Positions 49,972 through 58,347 are shown, counted from the stretch's first letter. The stretch: 64,000 bases of DNA from Candidatus Woesebacteria bacterium (GCA_050115675.1 JASFQB010000002.1:4376-68375); one strand, 5' to 3'. Notes: generated by a model not told the origin, from the letters alone. A program made the numbers and translations.

Positions 49972-51259
49972 TTTTATTTTTTTGATGTGTTTTGGATACT
50001 ATAGCACCTATTATAATGGACATTGCTGTAGTTTGCTCAAAATTGGCCGAATTGGTATAGTTGTGCGCACCTGACTGTAAGAGTTGTATTAACTTTTGAT
50101 CGCTATCGACACTGCAATTTGAAAGTGTGGTTTTCTGGTCTTTTGTTAGGGTCTCTTTAGCATTGGCATAGTTATTGCTAATGTATGTATTGATACCGAT
50201 ACCGTCGCTATTCGTGGCCGACTCAACCAGCAATCGCAAAGACATTCTTATTAAAGCGGGGAACGTCGTAGAAAGTGTATCTTTTTCTTGTATATAGTAA
50301 TCGTGCAAAGATAAAATATCTCTATAAATATCATTGACTTCTCCATTCGCAAGCGATGGCATGTTGTCGAGAAAGAAAGTTAGCGTTTTCTTATTTGTGC
50401 GCGGTGTCTTTCTTTGCTTCGGAGTATCGTCCGTAGACTCGTTCTGCGGTGCTTCAATGTTTAGCGGTTCTAGAGAGTCATTATTGGTCGTCGATTTTAG
50501 CGGTGTATCAGAGAAATTGTCTAGCAATGGCTGCTTGAGCAAACCCCTATTGTTCCTAGTAGATATCTTTTTATTTTCAATAAGGCTGCGGATATTTTCC
50601 AATAGTTGCAAGCTCTCTTCAACTGAGTAGGGCGTTTCAATTTCACCCGTGTCGCTTACGAGAAAGCCTATTTCTCGTAAGTTTTTGGCATTTAACACCT
50701 CGTCTTTCACAAAGAGCTTATTCATTGATTTATGGTTGGCTATGTATCCGCCGGTTTGCTCATTTAGTCTTACAAATAGTGATTTCTCTTTACCTCTGTG
50801 CTTATAGGCAAAATAATCACGCTCTAGCTGACCCCATGAGCCGTTAGTACTGTGCTTGCGTTCTATATTCGTCAGTGCTGTTTCTTGGTCACATACGTTA
50901 CATGGTATCTCGGCCAAATCTTTCAGTTCCTTTGGCTCATAGCCAATCGGCAAACGCCCAGATATTTCTGTGTATAGCTGTGGATTCTGTAGGTACTTTA
51001 GGACGGCGACGCGCCTATTGCCATCATAGACCACAGGCTTATCATCCACATACACTACAGTTGGTAGTTCGCTGAGGTCGTAGTGTGCCCCCATTTCAGT
51101 TACGAGCTTATCCAAATTCCATGCTTTTGAGTTTTCATCAATAGCATGTCTGATAATATCTAGGTCCGTCGCGCTCGTATCAATGGGATCGCGCGGATTC
51201 TCTGTCCATAAACATAAATCTGCTACTTTTATACTTTGTATATCTTGAACCGCTGCCAC
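49949..51259 (-). CDS. ParB/Srx-like N-terminal domain protein (436 aa) translationally coupled to the Dam gene
   Basis: ENPRDPID ... VYDGNRRVAVLKYL matches the ParB-like nuclease/NTPase fold motifs (DGxxR). The remaining ~330 aa are unrecognised. Its 3' end overlaps the methylase start by 23 nt. Confidence 0.65.
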   Translation of the reverse strand: MAAVQDIQSIKVADLCLWTENPRDPIDTSATDLDIIRHAIDENSKAWNLDKLVTEMGAHYDLSELPTVVYVDDKPVVYDGNRRVAVLKYLQNPQLYTEISGRLPIGYEPKELKDLAEIPCNVCDQETALTNIERKHSTNGSWGQLERDYFAYKHRGKEKSLFVRLNEQTGGYIANHKSMNKLFVKDEVLNAKNLREIGFLVSDTGEIETPYSVEESLQLLENIRSLIENKKISTRNNRGLLKQPLLDNFSDTPLKSTTNNDSLEPLNIEAPQNESTDDTPKQRKTPRTNKKTLTFFLDNMPSLANGEVNDIYRDILSLHDYYIQEKDTLSTTFPALIRMSLRLLVESATNSDGIGINTYISNNYANAKETLTKDQKTTLSNCSVDSDQKLIQLLQSGAHNYTNSANFEQTTAMSIIIGAIVSKTHQKNKNDTSENI

Positions 51260-52237
51260 TTTTCAACTCCTATTCAGCAATCTCTCGGTCTAAAGCTCTA
51301 GTAAAACCAGATGACCCGCTTTCAATCGCACATAAATATCCTTTGGGACTATTATACAATACTTTCTGGCGGTCGGCGTTTTTCTGAATGCGAGTATACC
51401 TCTATGTCGTTGCGGATATTGCTTGTAATCGTCGTGTTCGCTGCCTCGAGTATAGCAATAGGAGCTGTAGTGTCTCATCAGTCTAAAGTAGTACAGGCAA
51501 TACTTGGCTCACAATTCGCTCATCATCAAAGAGTTTGCGGAATATGCGGAGCGGCAAATCCCTCATCTCTTCGGTGGACTCTTCGGGGTTTGTGCCAAAA
51601 TTGACATTTGGTAGGTCGGGTATGTCGTGTCGCCATTTTTGCAAGTTTGCCATGATATCGAGCCAGATATTCGGATAGCCGAGTTGATTGAACGTGTCTT
51701 ATCCGTATGACGCTAACAGGCGCACATCCCACGGCTATTGCAGCTCTACTAACTATGTCTGGTAAAAGTTCCTGTTCTTGATAAAGATTGGGTTGATTAA
51801 GTAGAAAAAGCCCCATGTGACTTTATTGCAGTAAATATCGACAAGTGCTTAAAGTTTATTCTCAAAACTAGTAATCTGCTCGCGCCTTTTCGTCAAGTTA
51901 TGGTCGCCGCGCACTTCTTTCTCAATAAATAACACCCTGCCGTCTTTGCTTGTAAGTGTTACGCCAGTTTTGATAAGTCCGATATCGACCAGTAAGCCAA
52001 GGGTGACGCGCGGTGCTTTTGTTTCAGGCTTGCCCGGAATCGGTGCTACATCAGGCCGTGTTGTTCTGTCGGGTCGTCGCTTCTTAGTGGGCCATGCTAA
52101 GGATTTCCCAAAACTACATCTTCTCTGATTTGCAGGTTTTGTGCGAACGGTTGGACGAATTAGGCATTGAAGCGATTATGGACACGAATTGCCGTCAGTA
52201 AGGACTGAGTTACTTATTGTCGGTTCAAGTTGAACAG

Positions 52238-52549
52238 TTAGTTTTGATCGCCTTCTTCTCCGCTAAGGCTTTCTTGCATATATCTATACACTATGGAGAT
52301 AATCGCGCGCACGTCATCATTCGCATTCTTAAAAACCAAGTTAGTGTATGCGATGTCTCTGAACTCGCGTATAGGATCCGATATTAGCGCATGTATAAAT
52401 GATTGAGTAGCGCCCGATACTCCATCAAAATCTATAACCACTTCCTTCCCTTTGGAAAGTGCTGGCATAATTTGATCTATCCTAATCCGCTTTGCGATGT
52501 CTTTATTTTCTGCAAAACTACTACCAATTATTTGTCGCATTTTTATCAT
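52238..52549 (-). CDS. STAS-like domain protein (DUF4325)
   Basis: 103 aa. VVIDFDGVSGATQSFIHALISDPIREF is the characteristic DUF4325/STAS-like core. Overlaps the upstream ATPase gene by 4 nt. Confidence 0.7.
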   Translation of the reverse strand: MIKMRQIIGSSFAENKDIAKRIRIDQIMPALSKGKEVVIDFDGVSGATQSFIHALISDPIREFRDIAYTNLVFKNANDDVRAIISIVYRYMQESLSGEEGDQN

Positions 52550-53514
52550 ATAAACCTCGGCTCGTGATATTTAGCTCTTTTACGTTCCCGAATTGCTTTG
52601 TCGTATACCTCGCCAATCCTGGTTAGTAATTGCTTTAATTCTGGCGTTTCATCCAACGTAATGTCAACAGCAACTAACGTACCTTCAAATTTTGGAGCGT
52701 TTTCCGCCTCGCTGTGTGGGTCTTGGGCTGGGTCTGCGAATAAGCGTGGGGTACGTTTAATCCTCTTGTCGTGTTTAAGCAATGTATACTCTGCGCTTCC
52801 GCTATAAATCACAAAGTAATTACGCGTTATTTTGGCAATAGATTTAATAAAGAATAAGCCTGCACCAGCATTCTCACTCGATCCTCCCTCACGACGTGTC
52901 GTGCCCGTAATGCCAGGAGTTAACGCCAATTTAAGGGCATCGGCATCAGTTTTGGGATGCCAATACGTTTGCAGACTCTTCCACAGCCCAATGCCTGTGT
53001 CGCATATTCCAATACTAACGCGGTTAGTCTTTCGATAGTACTGTGCCGCTACTATAGCACCCCCAGGGGCGTTGGCATGTTCAAGTACATTGCGCACTAG
53101 TTCACCTATTACATACTTTACGATAGTTGCGTTTTCTTCCGAGAGATGCATGAGCGGGATCATATCGGCAATAAAACGCGATTGGTCTTCTGCGGTACGA
53201 ATTACTGATAATGGCACAAATCGCCCAGCAGGCTCTTTTTCTCGATATTCAAAAGGCGACTTAGTCTTTGTTAGTGCGTAAAGACCCATTCTATCCAGGT
53301 ATCGACCAGTATCAGGCACTTCTCCAGTGATTGCACTGTTTGTTTTGCCTACTTTAATGGCGAGAGCCGCTGCAAGAACAAGATTGGCAGGATGAACAGT
53401 AATCCACTTATCATGTGTGGATATTTCGAGTTTCTGAGGCTCAGAAAAATCCAATGACTCAACAAAGCTACGGAAATTACGCAGATTACCTTGATTATTA
53501 AAATGAATTCTCAT
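52546..53514 (-). CDS. GHKL-superfamily ATPase (RsbW/SpoIIAB-like HATPase_c fold) with a unique N-terminal region
   Basis: N-box IGELVRNVLEHA, G1 ICDTGIGL, G2/ATP-lid TGTTRREGGSSENAGAGLFFI. Confidence 0.75.
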   Translation of the reverse strand: MRIHFNNQGNLRNFRSFVESLDFSEPQKLEISTHDKWITVHPANLVLAAALAIKVGKTNSAITGEVPDTGRYLDRMGLYALTKTKSPFEYREKEPAGRFVPLSVIRTAEDQSRFIADMIPLMHLSEENATIVKYVIGELVRNVLEHANAPGGAIVAAQYYRKTNRVSIGICDTGIGLWKSLQTYWHPKTDADALKLALTPGITGTTRREGGSSENAGAGLFFIKSIAKITRNYFVIYSGSAEYTLLKHDKRIKRTPRLFADPAQDPHSEAENAPKFEGTLVAVDITLDETPELKQLLTRIGEVYDKAIRERKRAKYHEPRFI

Positions 53515-53520
53515 ATATCT

Positions 53521-53549
53521 ATCTTATCCGTAGAACGTTTTATTGTCAA
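53521..53549 (-). promoter_or_regulatory. consensus-like promoter TTGACA-17-TAAGAT placed 6 nt before the ATG (leaderless-type) of the GHKL/STAS operon
   Basis: Minus strand reads TTGACAataaaacgttctacggaTAAGATagatatATG. Confidence 0.5.
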
Positions 53550-53594
53550 TACACGCCCTACGGGTGTATATGAGTCCGTAGGGCGTGTATTTTT
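53549..53594. terminator. 15-bp perfect-stem hairpin between tRNA-Phe and the GHKL operon
   Basis: atacacgccctacgg / ccgtagggcgtgtat with flanking A and T runs. One arm abuts the -35 box. Confidence 0.55.
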
Positions 53595-53700
53595 AAGTGT
53601 ACGCTCCACGGGTACAGAAACTTACGAGAAACAGAGTACCAGTTTCTCGCATCAAACCTTACCAGACTCGAACTAAAAATAACAGAGGTAATGACAATAC

Positions 53701-53735
53701 AAAAAGCTCCAGACGATAAAATCTGGAGCTTTTTG
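53701..53735. terminator. hairpin terminator just downstream of tRNA-Phe
   Basis: aaaaagctccaga / tctggagcttttt. Confidence 0.6.
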
Positions 53736-53753
53736 TTATCTGTTGGGTAATTT

Positions 53754-53829
53754 TGGTGGCGACTCCCAGACTCGAACTGGGGACACAAGGCTCTTCAGGC
53801 CTCTGCTCTACCAACTGAGCTAAATCGCC
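53754..53829 (-). tRNA. tRNA-Phe (anticodon GAA)
   Basis: Reverse complement GGCGATTTAGCTCAGTTGGTAGAGCAGAGGCCTGAAGAGCCTTGTGTCCCCAGTTCGAGTCTGGGAGTCGCCACCA folds as a canonical cloverleaf. Confidence 0.9.
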
Positions 53830-53950
53830 ATAAATATGAACAACCCTAATTTTACATTATTTTACAGCGGTCGGCAAGATTATATCTGGATATTTATTCG
53901 ATAAGATATTATCATAATAAATCGTAGGCCGGACTGTTTTGGAGGCTGTT

Positions 53951-54322
53951 GTGTCTAAACTGGGGCGCTTAAATCGTAGAGTCACCGTATCTGTGGTAGC
54001 TATGATGCTAGCATGCTTGATGGCGTTTTTGTCACTAGCCACCTCAAGCTGGCTGGTTGGATTTTCGTCGTTTATGGCTACCACCTGTATCTGTCTATTT
54101 TTTGGTCATGCTCAAGTAACTTATGCCCAGCAAGGGGTTAAAGATTACGTGCGCGAGCGTACAGTTATGCCAATATGGGCCGTAGTAGCAATGGTTGCAT
54201 CTGCGCTGCCGTTTATTGTGTGGCTGATTAAATCTATGTGGCCACTGGCAATTCTAGCATTGCTTGCTGGATGCGCGTGGGGCTTTAGATATTACAAGAC
54301 AAGAATAAAGACTTCAAAATAG
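53951..54322 (+). CDS. hypothetical membrane protein
   Basis: GGAGG ribosome-binding site 5 nt before the GTG at 53951, four hydrophobic helices, and a hairpin (gggtggcga...tcgccaccc) downstream. Confidence 0.5.
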   Translation: MSKLGRLNRRVTVSVVAMMLACLMAFLSLATSSWLVGFSSFMATTCICLFFGHAQVTYAQQGVKDYVRERTVMPIWAVVAMVASALPFIVWLIKSMWPLAILALLAGCAWGFRYYKTRIKTSK

Positions 54323-54437
54323 CTACATTCGGGTGGCGAACTTAAAATCGCCACCCAACAGTAAAACATCGCAAAAACTATTGGCATAAAACGATTTATC
54401 TGTTATTATTTTTACGTCACACCAGTGCAAACTGCGT

Positions 54438-54514
54438 GGGCGCTTAGCTCAGTTGGCTAGAGCGTCTCGTTTACACCGAGAGGGTCGGGGGTTCGAGTCC
54501 CTCAGCGCCCACCA
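54438..54514 (+). tRNA. tRNA-Val (anticodon TAC)
   Basis: GGGCGCT acceptor, anticodon loop TTTACAC, T-loop TTCGAGT, encoded CCA. Followed by the hairpin aaataagtacccga/tcgggtatttattt. Confidence 0.9.
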
Positions 54515-54648
54515 AAATAAGTACCCGATTTGTCGGGTATTTATTTTGTCGTAAAATAGTTGAAACACTTGTCAAACAGCGTGCAACCCTATATAATCGT
54601 TCTCGTTGCATGTATGCGTGACTATCCGTAGGATGCCAAACAATACAT

Positions 54649-54725
54649 GCGGGTGTAGCTCAGTTGTTTAGAGCGCATCCTTGCCAAGGATGAGGCCGCG
54701 GGTTAGAGTCCCGCCACCCGCACCA
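54649..54725 (+). tRNA. tRNA-Gly (anticodon GCC) with non-canonical D-loop and T-loop
   Basis: Acceptor GCGGGTG/CACCCGC, anticodon loop TTGCCAA, encoded CCA. The D-loop is AGTTGTTTA (no GG) and the T-loop is TTAGAGT (A at position 56). Confidence 0.8.
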
Positions 54726-56239
54726 AATGAGACACTTTTACATTGATAATCCAGAAAACAGCGGTAGAAAGGGCTAATTTGGGTGTTGGAATAACCCGGA
54801 TAGCTCCACTGCAATCCTTTTGGAAATATCGAACACATCAAGACGCGCTTCTGTTCTAGAGGCGCGTTTTGATATGTTTCGACTAAATTCGTAAACTTGG
54901 TCTCGATGAATTTTGTGATAGCTTCAAGATTATATTTTTCAATCGTCGCTTCGTTTTTGGCGGCTTGAATAGCGGTTATTTTTTCTTCTAATATTTTGTT
55001 TTGCTCCTTAAAGATGTCGTCGGAATAGACGCCGTTTAGATTCTTTTCTATAAGTGCTTGGCGCGTTTCGTAGATTTTCTTTAGCTCGACGTCGGCTTGG
55101 TCGCGTTTTTGCTTTAAAGCGCCCGTGCGTTGGTAGTATGCGCGTCGCAAGAAGGCGTTAATCATTTGGGCTGTCTCTGGCTTAAGTGTGACGCTTTTTA
55201 GAAGTTTTGCTGTCTCCGGCTCTATTTCGGCGAGCGGCACATTTGACTTAGCGCCGCAGCGTTTGATGCAAAAGTAATAGCCGTAAGTTTGCGCCTTGCC
55301 CTTGCTCCATGCGGCGGTGAATGATTGCCCACAGCGGCCACACCGCACAATGCGGCGTAGAGGGAAATCGGGATTATTGTGTGTACGTTTAGCGAGTACA
55401 ACTGGCGTGTTGAAATTGCGCCCATCTAAAATTGCCTGGACGCGATAGAAAGTTTCTTCGGTAATCATTGGCGTGTGCTGACCCTGTACTTCAAGGCCGT
55501 ATTTTTTTGAAATGACTTTTCCGGTATAGAATTTGTTGCGGAAGATACGGCTCATGGTCTGGCGGCGAAGCCGAGTTTCTTTATGGCCTTTTCGTTTTTC
55601 CCGGATTCCTTGCTCGTCAAGGTATTTAGCCATCTCGCTTAGACTTTTTGTGCCCGTTTCCATAAGTTCCCAGGCTGCCTTTAGTGCGCTAAACGTTTCC
55701 GGGTCTTTTACTGCGTAGCTATTTTGCCGTAGGTAGCCAAGCGGCAGGCTGCCGTTGTGTAAACCGCTCATAAAGCGGGCGCGCATGCCATTTCGCGAGC
55801 GTTCGCCGCGTACGTCGTTGTCCATTTGGGCAAAACCAGCTAGCATTGTTTCAATAAAACGCTCGGTAGGAGTATCGCCGGTTGGCTCGCTGGCAGAAAT
55901 AAGTGTGATGTTGCATTCGGCAAGTTTTTTGCGGATAGCAAGGTAGTCTGCAGTCTGTCGCGAAATACGGTCAAGGCGATAAACAATTACCGCGCCGACT
56001 TCGTTTTTGTGTTTGCGGCAGTAGTCGAGCATTTCAATCAGCGTTGGCCGCTCTCGGATAGTCTTGGCTGATCGTCCCTCTTCTCGGAATATCTCGCTAA
56101 TTTGCAGACCACGGCGTTCAGCCTCTTTGCGGCAAATATCGGCCTGCGTATCAAGCGAGTAGTTGTCTACTTGCTCCTCAGTTGAAACACGAAGATACAC
56201 AACGGCGATATGCTTATCTGGTTGCGCACCACCCGCCAT
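54668..56239 (-). CDS. large serine recombinase (integrase)
   Basis: Resolvase catalytic domain (VVYLRVSTEEQ ... YRLDRISR), recombinase domain and a zinc-ribbon region (RCGRCGQ...CIKRCG) with a coiled coil. The last 19 codons are antisense to tRNA-Gly. Confidence 0.9.
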   Translation of the reverse strand: MAGGAQPDKHIAVVYLRVSTEEQVDNYSLDTQADICRKEAERRGLQISEIFREEGRSAKTIRERPTLIEMLDYCRKHKNEVGAVIVYRLDRISRQTADYLAIRKKLAECNITLISASEPTGDTPTERFIETMLAGFAQMDNDVRGERSRNGMRARFMSGLHNGSLPLGYLRQNSYAVKDPETFSALKAAWELMETGTKSLSEMAKYLDEQGIREKRKGHKETRLRRQTMSRIFRNKFYTGKVISKKYGLEVQGQHTPMITEETFYRVQAILDGRNFNTPVVLAKRTHNNPDFPLRRIVRCGRCGQSFTAAWSKGKAQTYGYYFCIKRCGAKSNVPLAEIEPETAKLLKSVTLKPETAQMINAFLRRAYYQRTGALKQKRDQADVELKKIYETRQALIEKNLNGVYSDDIFKEQNKILEEKITAIQAAKNEATIEKYNLEAITKFIETKFTNLVETYQNAPLEQKRVLMCSIFPKGLQWSYPGYSNTQISPFYRCFLDYQCKSVSFGAGGGTLTRGLILGKDAL

Positions 56240-56241
56240 AT

Positions 56242-56568
56242 TTAGCCCTGCCCGAGCACCTGCTTTAAGGTTTGGCCGTCAAATATATTCTGCTCAAAAG
56301 TGTCGAGCCATTCGTCCAGGAGATGCTGAAATTCGGTGAGGCAGACTTCTAATTCTTCGTCAGAAAGGCAATCAACGGCTGCGCCCATTATGCGCCGTGC
56401 CTGCTGCATGCGAGTTTCTTCCTGGCTAGACTTAAAGATGTTCTGCAAGGCGGCATCAATGTCGGTCGTGTTCTGTCGGAGTGCAGCCGAAAGAGATGGA
56501 GCGGATTTCATTGGCTGAGTAGGCGTGGAAGTTGTTTTTTGTGCTTCCAAGAATAGATTAAGCTGCAT
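56242..56568 (-). CDS. hypothetical protein upstream of, and coupled to, the serine recombinase
   Basis: GAGGG ribosome-binding site before the ATG at 56568. The stop is 2 nt from the recombinase start. Helical and acidic. A role as directionality factor or regulator is inference only. Confidence 0.5.
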   Translation of the reverse strand: MQLNLFLEAQKTTSTPTQPMKSAPSLSAALRQNTTDIDAALQNIFKSSQEETRMQQARRIMGAAVDCLSDEELEVCLTEFQHLLDEWLDTFEQNIFDGQTLKQVLGQG

Positions 56569-56831
56569 CCGGGTACCCTCATTTACTAACATTATATTGA
56601 TAGTATACTATCCGTATAATGTTGTTTCAAGTAGCATAAGCATATTTATGTAGTAATATAAACTTCAACGCCGCTGTTGAACTTTTTTACTTATCTTTAC
56701 CCCTATTCTTTACTATTACTTTTTATCCCTTTATTATATATAAATATATAGAAGCAAAAGACATAGTACGTGCAGGAGAGTTTAATTGTCTAGAAAAATA
56801 AAATTGAAGATATATCTAAGTGAACGAATGT

Positions 56832-57653
56832 ATGGCCAGGTGTGATGTGAAACTTAGAAGAAAATTAAACGAAGGCCAGGTGCAGGTCTTGGAGCTTCTG
56901 TATAAATTTAGGTTTGGAACTAATGAACTATTTGCAGAGTATTTTGGCAAAAAAGACAGGTCGTTTGTGTTTAAACGGCTTAAGATCTTGCAGGAGCAGG
57001 GGCTAGTCGGCAAGCGCTTTGACGGAAGTTATCGCTTATTAGGCAAGCCAGCGGCCTACTACTTACTGCCAGACGGGGCAAGGCGGTTGCCGGAGTATCG
57101 CGCCGCGGACGACGCAGACGAAATTAACGTTAAGGGGATTTATAAAGACAAGAGCGTTTCGGATAAGTTTGTAACTCGCTGCCAGGATATTTTTACGCTT
57201 TTTAATCGGTTAAAGGCCGTTTATGGCGACAAGCTCGTGTTTTCTACCAAAAGCGACCTTGCTCCTTATGATTATTTTCCTAAGCAGTCGCCGGATGCGT
57301 ATTTGCAGCTTGAGCTGGAGGACGGTGAGCGCGAGTTCTTTTTGCTGATTCATTACAGTCACCAGCAGTTTTTTGCCGCCATAAAACGGCTTCAATATTA
57401 CATAAAATATGCGGAGAGCGGCGATTGGGAAGAGGGTGAAACGGACTTTCCGGCGTTGATTATGGTTTTTGAATCTCAGGCAGATCAAAAGCGGTTTTAT
57501 AAAAAAGCGTCCAGGATTATGCGGGAGGCGGCAGACGAAATTGTGCTTTATACTGCGGTTTTGAGTGATGTTAAGGCGGTTACGGATGCGGATCAAGAGG
57601 TGCTGTGCGCCTTTGATGAGCCGGAAGAGGTGTATTCGTTTTTGGATGCGTGA
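56832..57653 (+). CDS. replication-relaxation family (winged-helix) protein
   Basis: LNEGQVQVLELLYKFRFGTNELFAEYFG...FKRLKILQEQGLV is the wHTH typical of the plasmid/ICE Replication-relaxation family. Confidence 0.6.
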   Translation: MARCDVKLRRKLNEGQVQVLELLYKFRFGTNELFAEYFGKKDRSFVFKRLKILQEQGLVGKRFDGSYRLLGKPAAYYLLPDGARRLPEYRAADDADEINVKGIYKDKSVSDKFVTRCQDIFTLFNRLKAVYGDKLVFSTKSDLAPYDYFPKQSPDAYLQLELEDGEREFFLLIHYSHQQFFAAIKRLQYYIKYAESGDWEEGETDFPALIMVFESQADQKRFYKKASRIMREAADEIVLYTAVLSDVKAVTDADQEVLCAFDEPEEVYSFLDA

Positions 57654-57699
57654 TTATTCTGGGCGGGCAGTTTAGCGTCTTGCCCGGGACGTTAGAGGA

Positions 57700-57954
57700 C
57701 TACTCTTCGGTTACGATCTCGACCCAATTGACTCTGGCTAGTGACGTGTTGATCAAGTCGCCAGCAATGCCATCTGTTTCCAACCGGTACATCTCGCGCG
57801 CCAATTCTTCTAGTCGCTCAGCCTTGCTATACGCGCTGTCGCTTCCGGCCTTTATTTCTTCTAGTAACTCGTAGCTGCCTTGATCGCCTCGGAGCCAAAG
57901 CGCCATAAGCCAAGTCTCGTAGTTGCTCCAGCCGTTGTATTCTTGCTCGTTCAT
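57700..57954 (-). CDS. hypothetical phage/plasmid-type small acidic protein
   Basis: The NGWSNYETWLMALWL motif is recurrent in mobile-element small proteins. An AGGAG ribosome-binding site is present. Confidence 0.5.
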   Translation of the reverse strand: MNEQEYNGWSNYETWLMALWLRGDQGSYELLEEIKAGSDSAYSKAERLEELAREMYRLETDGIAGDLINTSLARVNWVEIVTEE

Positions 57955-58035
57955 AATCATCTCCTAAAATTTATTGGTTACTTAAAACCCGGAAGGCCAG
58001 AATCGACCTCCCGGGTATACTAAAAAGCGAGTGAA

Positions 58036-58347
58036 CTAATATTTACTCGCCAGCATAACGGTCAAGACCCGCCTACAGTCAGACGAAAGCGGGTCTTTTC
58101 TGTACATAAGCGACCGGTCGTAGCAATCTATTTTCCAGAACACTTTCTTTCCGTGCCATTCCAGCGAGCCAAAGTCATGCTCGCCGCAAGGGTCGTTGCC
58201 CTTGGTGAAATCGTTAAACCTACGAATTTCACTAATCAATTCAGGTAAATCCTCCAAATCTTTAACACCTCGCGTCACCATAATTTTGTGGCTGGTCTTA
58301 CGGAATGTATCGTTCAATATTGCGATCTTTGAAGCGTCTTTGTTCAT
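58036..58347 (-). CDS. DUF3768-domain protein
   Basis: NDPCGEHDFGSLEWHGKKVFWKIDCYD matches the DUF3768 core (DPYGEHDFG...W.KIDYYD). Confidence 0.7.
   Translation of the reverse strand: MNKDASKIAILNDTFRKTSHKIMVTRGVKDLEDLPELISEIRRFNDFTKGNDPCGEHDFGSLEWHGKKVFWKIDCYDRSLMYRKDPLSSDCRRVLTVMLASKY

Noticed and set aside
51290-52237. Several 56-97-aa ORFs on both strands (51311..51604 +, 51526..51816 -, 51290..51478 -, 51946..52128 +)
   Set aside because: Plausible protein-like text jumps between frames on the minus strand. Examples are ...SRAAIAVGCAPVSVIRIRH then ...IWLDIMANLQKWRHDIPDLPNVNFGTNPEESTEEMRDLPLRIFRKLFDDERIV. A start-less frame at 51850-52105 reads ...LGLLVDIGLIKTGVTLTSKDGRVLFIEKEV, possibly a RAMA-like C-terminal fragment. 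I interpret these as gene remnants and could not assign a family or intact boundaries, so none is called as a gene.
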